A DNA stretch of 64,000 bases from the human T2T-CHM13v2.0 reference genome, Homo sapiens: assembly GCF_009914755.1 (NCBI RefSeq), contig NC_060925.1, one strand, 5' to 3'. Below, piece by piece: positions 58,306-64,000 of this stretch. Position numbers and translations under genes: made by a program. Below the pieces are notes generated by a model. That model was not told where the DNA came from. It saw only the letters and a list, made by a program, of their open reading frames with translations, and did no database searches. Numbering within the stretch: position 1 is the stretch's first letter; each line of letters starts with the position of its first letter.

Positions 58306-59374
58306 TGACCTCTGTCTCCAGGTCAAACACCGTGGGGTTTGCAAGGATTTGCATCTGTTGACTAGAAGTTGTGGCGTCTTTTCTGTATTGCTTTGGGATA
58401 AACAGGGCCCTGGGGACCCTAGCAGTGTGAGATAAATAGGCTCCTGCGATGCTGGCCTGTTTGTCTCCATCAGGAGGCTGATGAAGACACAAATGCACAA
58501 GATAAGGTGCAGGCAGCAGGTTCGGAAGGCCTGAGGCACAGCACAGGACGTTCAGCTTTTGGGAGCTGGGCGGGGGAAAGGCTCCCTGTGGGGGCCACCT
58601 GGTCCCCATCCCTAGCCCTGAAACAAGTGGGAGGCACAGCCCGCCCTCAAGTCTTCAGCTTCTGGCTCCCTTACTCCCTTCCTGGCTGTGTGATCTATGT
58701 CACCTCACCTTCCTGAGCCTCAGTTTGTTCAACTCTCAAATGGGCTGAGGCCAGCTGCCTTGCCTGCTTACAATGCTGATTTCAGCTTAGCAGCTATGTG
58801 CCCTGGGGAACATGATACACACGGGACTGTTTAATGACTTGTCCGAGAGGCTGGATAGCATAGCAGTGAGGAGCATGGGTTCAGGAGCCAGACAGATCTG
58901 AGCTTCAGCCCCTATTCTGCCTTTTATTAGCTGAGTGACCTTAGCCAAGTAACCAAACCTCTCTGAGCTTCGTTTTCCTCATATGTAAACTGAATACTCA
59001 AAGCATAGTTGTGAAGGATGAACTGAGGGCTTAGCATATTGTAAGTGTTGAAGAAATGGCACTTGCTAGTCCTACTACTTTTGCTACTGCTCTTACTCCC
59101 CCTATTACTGTTGTTATTACCATACTGCTGCTGCTGCTTCATCTGGGAGAAGTCCCAAATCACAGCCCTGGTGAAAAGTATAACCTCTACCCCCAACATG
59201 ATGAGACTATTTGGCAAAGCTTGGGATTCCCTCTGGGGCTTTGGGCAGATCTGCTTCTCAGGCTGGACCTGTTTTCCCATCTGTAATCCAGGGCACAGGA
59301 ATCCCTTTTCCTCCCTGGATTGAAGTGTGGTTCTTGGGGGAGAGAATGTATGCCCCTGCCAAGAGTGAGGCCCA

Positions 59375-59679
59375 GTTTTGTTTTGTTTTTTTTTGAGACA
59401 GAGTCTCGCTCTCTCACCTAGGCTAGAGTGCAGTGGCGCGATCTCGGCTCACTGCAACCTCCGCCTTCCAGGTTTACTTAGGCCATTCTCCTGCCTCAGC
59501 CTCCCGAGTAGCTGAGACTACAGGCGCCTGCCACCATGCCCAGCTAATTTTTTGTATTTTTAGTAGAAACAGGGTTTCACCATGTTAGCCAGGATGGTCT
59601 CCATCTCCTGACCTTGTGATCCCCCTGCCTCGGCCTCCCAAAGTGCTGGGATTACAGGCGTGAGAAACCACGCCCGGCC
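59375..59679 (-). mobile_element. Alu (Y/Sc-like) in intron 7
   Basis: Antisense dimer, TSD gagtgaggcccagtttt. Confidence 0.94.
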
Positions 59680-59740
59680 GAGTGAGGCCCAGTTTTTAAT
59701 GCCTCCCTCCTCAAGTGGTCCCAGATCCCTTCCTTCCTGA

Positions 59741-59947
<207 letters not shown>

Positions 59948-62077
59948 TAGTGTCATTTGCTCCGACGAGGGCACTCATGGAGGAGGCAGGATGCAGTGTA
60001 GTATGGAAGCTTGGGCTTTGGAGCCAGGCAGGCTGGGTCCGCATCCCACCCTTCCACCTATTGGTCCAAAGTGTGACTTTGGACCAGTGCCTTAGTCCCT
60101 CTGAGCCTAAGTTGTTTTGACTATAAAATAGGAGTGGCATCATAGTACCAACTGGTAGGTTGTAGTGAGGAGCAGGTGAGATAAGTAAAAGGTGGAGCAC
60201 ACGCCTGGCCCAAAAGTGGCAACTGTTGATATTACTCCAGTCCACCCATTTACTAGATGGGAAAACTGAGCCTTTTGCATGGTCACACAGCAAGCCACTG
60301 GGGGCACCCACGTTTCCTGACTTCTTGGCCAGCGCAGAATGTCGCATGCAGGAGAAATGCGAAGGAGTCCGGTGAATGAGGGCTCGAATCCCAGTTATCT
60401 CACTTCTCTGAGCCTGTAAAAATGAGAACAGTAACCTGCCTGCTAGGATTGGAGTGCAGAGCCCACAAGATCATGCATGTCTACAAACCGGAGAGGCCTG
60501 AGAGATGGAGCCTCTGGTGATGTTTTCATGCCAGTAGTTAAGCCGTTAAGATTCTTCCAGCCTTAGTGCTTGAGCCCAGCCGCGGGCTTGCCATGTGCTC
60601 ATGGGCCTCGCTGTGTCTTGGTTTGCTGTTTAGAGAGCCAGCATGGTGGAGAGGCACTAGTGTGGGAGTCAGGAGCTGAGCACCTTCGGCCTGTCCCTTC
60701 CCCTCCCTGGACCAGGCTTACCTCACTCAGCAGGGTCAGGTCCAGCTCATCTCAGGGGCATTTCTGGCCTGGAGAGGCTGGGGAGCTAACCCCTGCCTCC
60801 CTGCCTGCCTCCAGGGATGGCCAGGCTGCCTGGAGAAGATGGAGGTGCAGGAGCTCAGAAAACACAAAGGGAGCACAAAGGCAGGGATTATTATTATTCA
60901 GACTGGCACCGGGCTGGAGGAGGAGCTGGGGCCTTGGGTTCAGGGAGTGGGGAGTTTCGTGGGAAGGGAGAGATGGGTTTCGGTGGGGATTTTCTCACAG
61001 CCTTTTAAGCCCCCAGGCTTGGGTCTTTCTCAGGTGCGAGCTGGGCGGGGGCTGCATGAGGGCAGAGCTGGCTGAGGGGGAGGTATGTCTGGCATGTGCC
61101 TGGGGGCCTGGTCTGCACAGCCAGGGAAAGAAGGGGGTCTGCTCAGACACACCCCCCCACATCCTGTTTGCATCAGGGTCATTTCCAAAGGAAATGTTCC
61201 AAAGACCAGGGGCCAGCCTGCGTCGGGGGGACCGGGGTTCCCATGGAGCCCCAGAGGAGGACAATCACCAGGTGACCTTGCCAGGGTTTGCCCCGCTGAG
61301 ACTGACCCCAGGTGTCCATCAGTTGGGCATAGGCTTTGGGATGAGACTTCCAGCTGTCCCTCTCATGGCAACGGTTATAACATATCAAGCCTACACACCC
61401 CACAGCCACACAAGATAGGTTTCATTATCCTCATTCTGCAGACAAGGAAACCGAGGCTCAGTGAGGTGAAAGGATTTGTCTGAAGCCGTATATGGCTAGT
61501 GAGCGGCAGAGCCCAGCTTCCTGCAGCAGGTGTGGGCGGCCCCTCCTCCAGGCTCACTTTGTTATGCCCCACGCCTGACTCCCTAGGGGAACGGCAGCAA
61601 TTATAGCCCTGCTCAGAGCATCTGTTTCCCCGGCTGTAAGATGGGGTGACTAGGATGCTCCCTTGCTGTATGTGGGGTGGGATCAAATCAGCTGAAAGAA
61701 CCTCTCACTAGAGGGTCCTGCTATGGCTGGAGTGGGTGGTTGGGGTGGAGAGGGGCTGTGTCTCTGGGCCAGCAGGAAAGTGGTCTCCTTGTGCTGGGGA
61801 CAGGGGACTCAGCCCTTTTCCACCTCCTTGTCCTGAGTTGCAGAAAAACGAGGCTCTGGATCTTAAGCTCCTATAGGACTCTTGACATCCCCCCCAGTCT
61901 CCACCCCTTGGGCTGCCCTTGGCAGTCTAGCGGAAACTGTACCAACAGCGGTGAAAAGCCTGGGCTGTGAGTCTGGGTTCAAACCCCTGCTGCACCACAC
62001 ACTGCCCGTGTCACCTCGGGAAAGTTGCCCCACCTCTCTGAGCATTGGCTTCCCCATCTGTGAAAGAGGAGTGCTGA

Positions 62078-62431
<354 letters not shown>

Positions 62432-62746
62432 TGACCCGTGCGTCCTCCTAGCCTCTCTGGGTTGTCTGTCTCTCTCTGTTTTTCTATCCCTTCTCCTCCT
62501 TCCCCTCTCCTCCTCCACCCCCACTCCTCCATCTCTCTGTCTCTCTGAGTTTCTTCTTTTCTGTCTTCTGTCTGTCCGCCTCTCTCATGGCCTGTAGTGA
62601 CCTCAGGCAAGCAGGGCCAGGCCCCACTGGCCAGGCTGGGCCAGGTAAGTGCTGGTACCTTCCCATTTCCTGGTCTTGTTCTGGAAAAAAGAAGGACCAG
62701 AAGCTTGGCCCATATTTAAGATGCAAAGCAGCAGCTGTGAAAGTAG

Positions 62747-63255
<509 letters not shown>

Positions 63256-64000
63256 TAGGGGTTTAAACATGTATATATGGTCCTATAGCTTCAGTGACCT
63301 ATTGTATTGAAGAGAAGAATGTTATGAAGAAACAGATTTCGTAACCATTAAAACGTTCATGCTTAGGGCACACAAAGAGGAGGCTTCTGATATCTGACCC
63401 CAAACTTGATTGCAGCCCTATGGAATTCTCACGGCAGCACTTGTGGTGCTCACTGTGTGCCAGGTGCGGCTCTGAGCGCTTCCCAGGCATCACCGTCCTT
63501 ACCCTTCTCTACAGCCCTGGGAAGTCAATAATAATGTCTCCCTGGATCTGTGGGGTAGAAATGGAGGCACAGAGAAGTTAAGAAACCTCCTGAGATTGCA
63601 CAGCTAGTAAGTGGCAGAGCCAGGATCTGGACTGAGGCACCTGTTCAGAATCCACACCTTTCCCCACTAGCTGCTCCGCCTCTCAAGCAGCCGGGACTGA
63701 GTGCCTGGCAGCCAGGAGTGGGCTGGGTTCCCTGTTACAGCTGTCCTCCGAGAGACTGCACCTACCCCCTTTTCCAGGCACGGTCCCACAACAATTCAAT
63801 GGCAGGGTCAAGACCCCAGAGCCTGTCTCCTAGTGCGCTTCCATACTGGAGAGTCTGAGCATTTCCTTCCTTTAGGGGTACAGCTCCGCACTGTTTCTTC
63901 AGGAATATTTATACAAATGGACCTTGGTGTACAAGGCATGTTTAGTGTATTGACTTAGGACAATGAGGTGTAGACAGTGGCGCTGAGAAGAGCGGCCAGT

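Noticed and set aside
60570-61418. 282-aa ORF in intron 8
   Set aside because: Non-ATG start, GC-rich composition, no recognisable domain, and it ends in MIR-like sequence; consistent with a chance ORF.

Overview
Primate genomic DNA, almost certainly human, covering the 5' part of GRHL3 (grainyhead-like 3) on the + strand plus about 39 kb of upstream sequence. Exon 1A (ATG at 39658) and exons 2-11 splice at GT-AG sites into one open frame of 473 codons ([16 protein letters not shown]...SSLQRSGG), covering the N-terminal activation region and the CP2/Grh DNA-binding domain; the gene continues past the window. An alternative coding first exon 1B (MWMNSILPIFL) starts at 43192, just downstream of an intronic CpG island. 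The upstream region is dense in Alu, MIR, L1M, L2 and DNA-transposon relics, and none of the other ORFs in the six-frame track looks like a real gene. I see no new protein-coding system. The best leads are regulatory: a candidate poison exon with a perfect donor in intron 9, an apparent L1 origin and acceptor-like donor for exon 1B, a distal donor and uORFs that could produce N-terminally truncated isoforms, an antisense splice donor at the CpG island, a ZEB/Snail-type E-box cluster in the promoter, and small tandem duplications that multiply SMAD, TCF and KLF motifs. Repeat family calls are from recalled consensus sequences and their boundaries are approximate.
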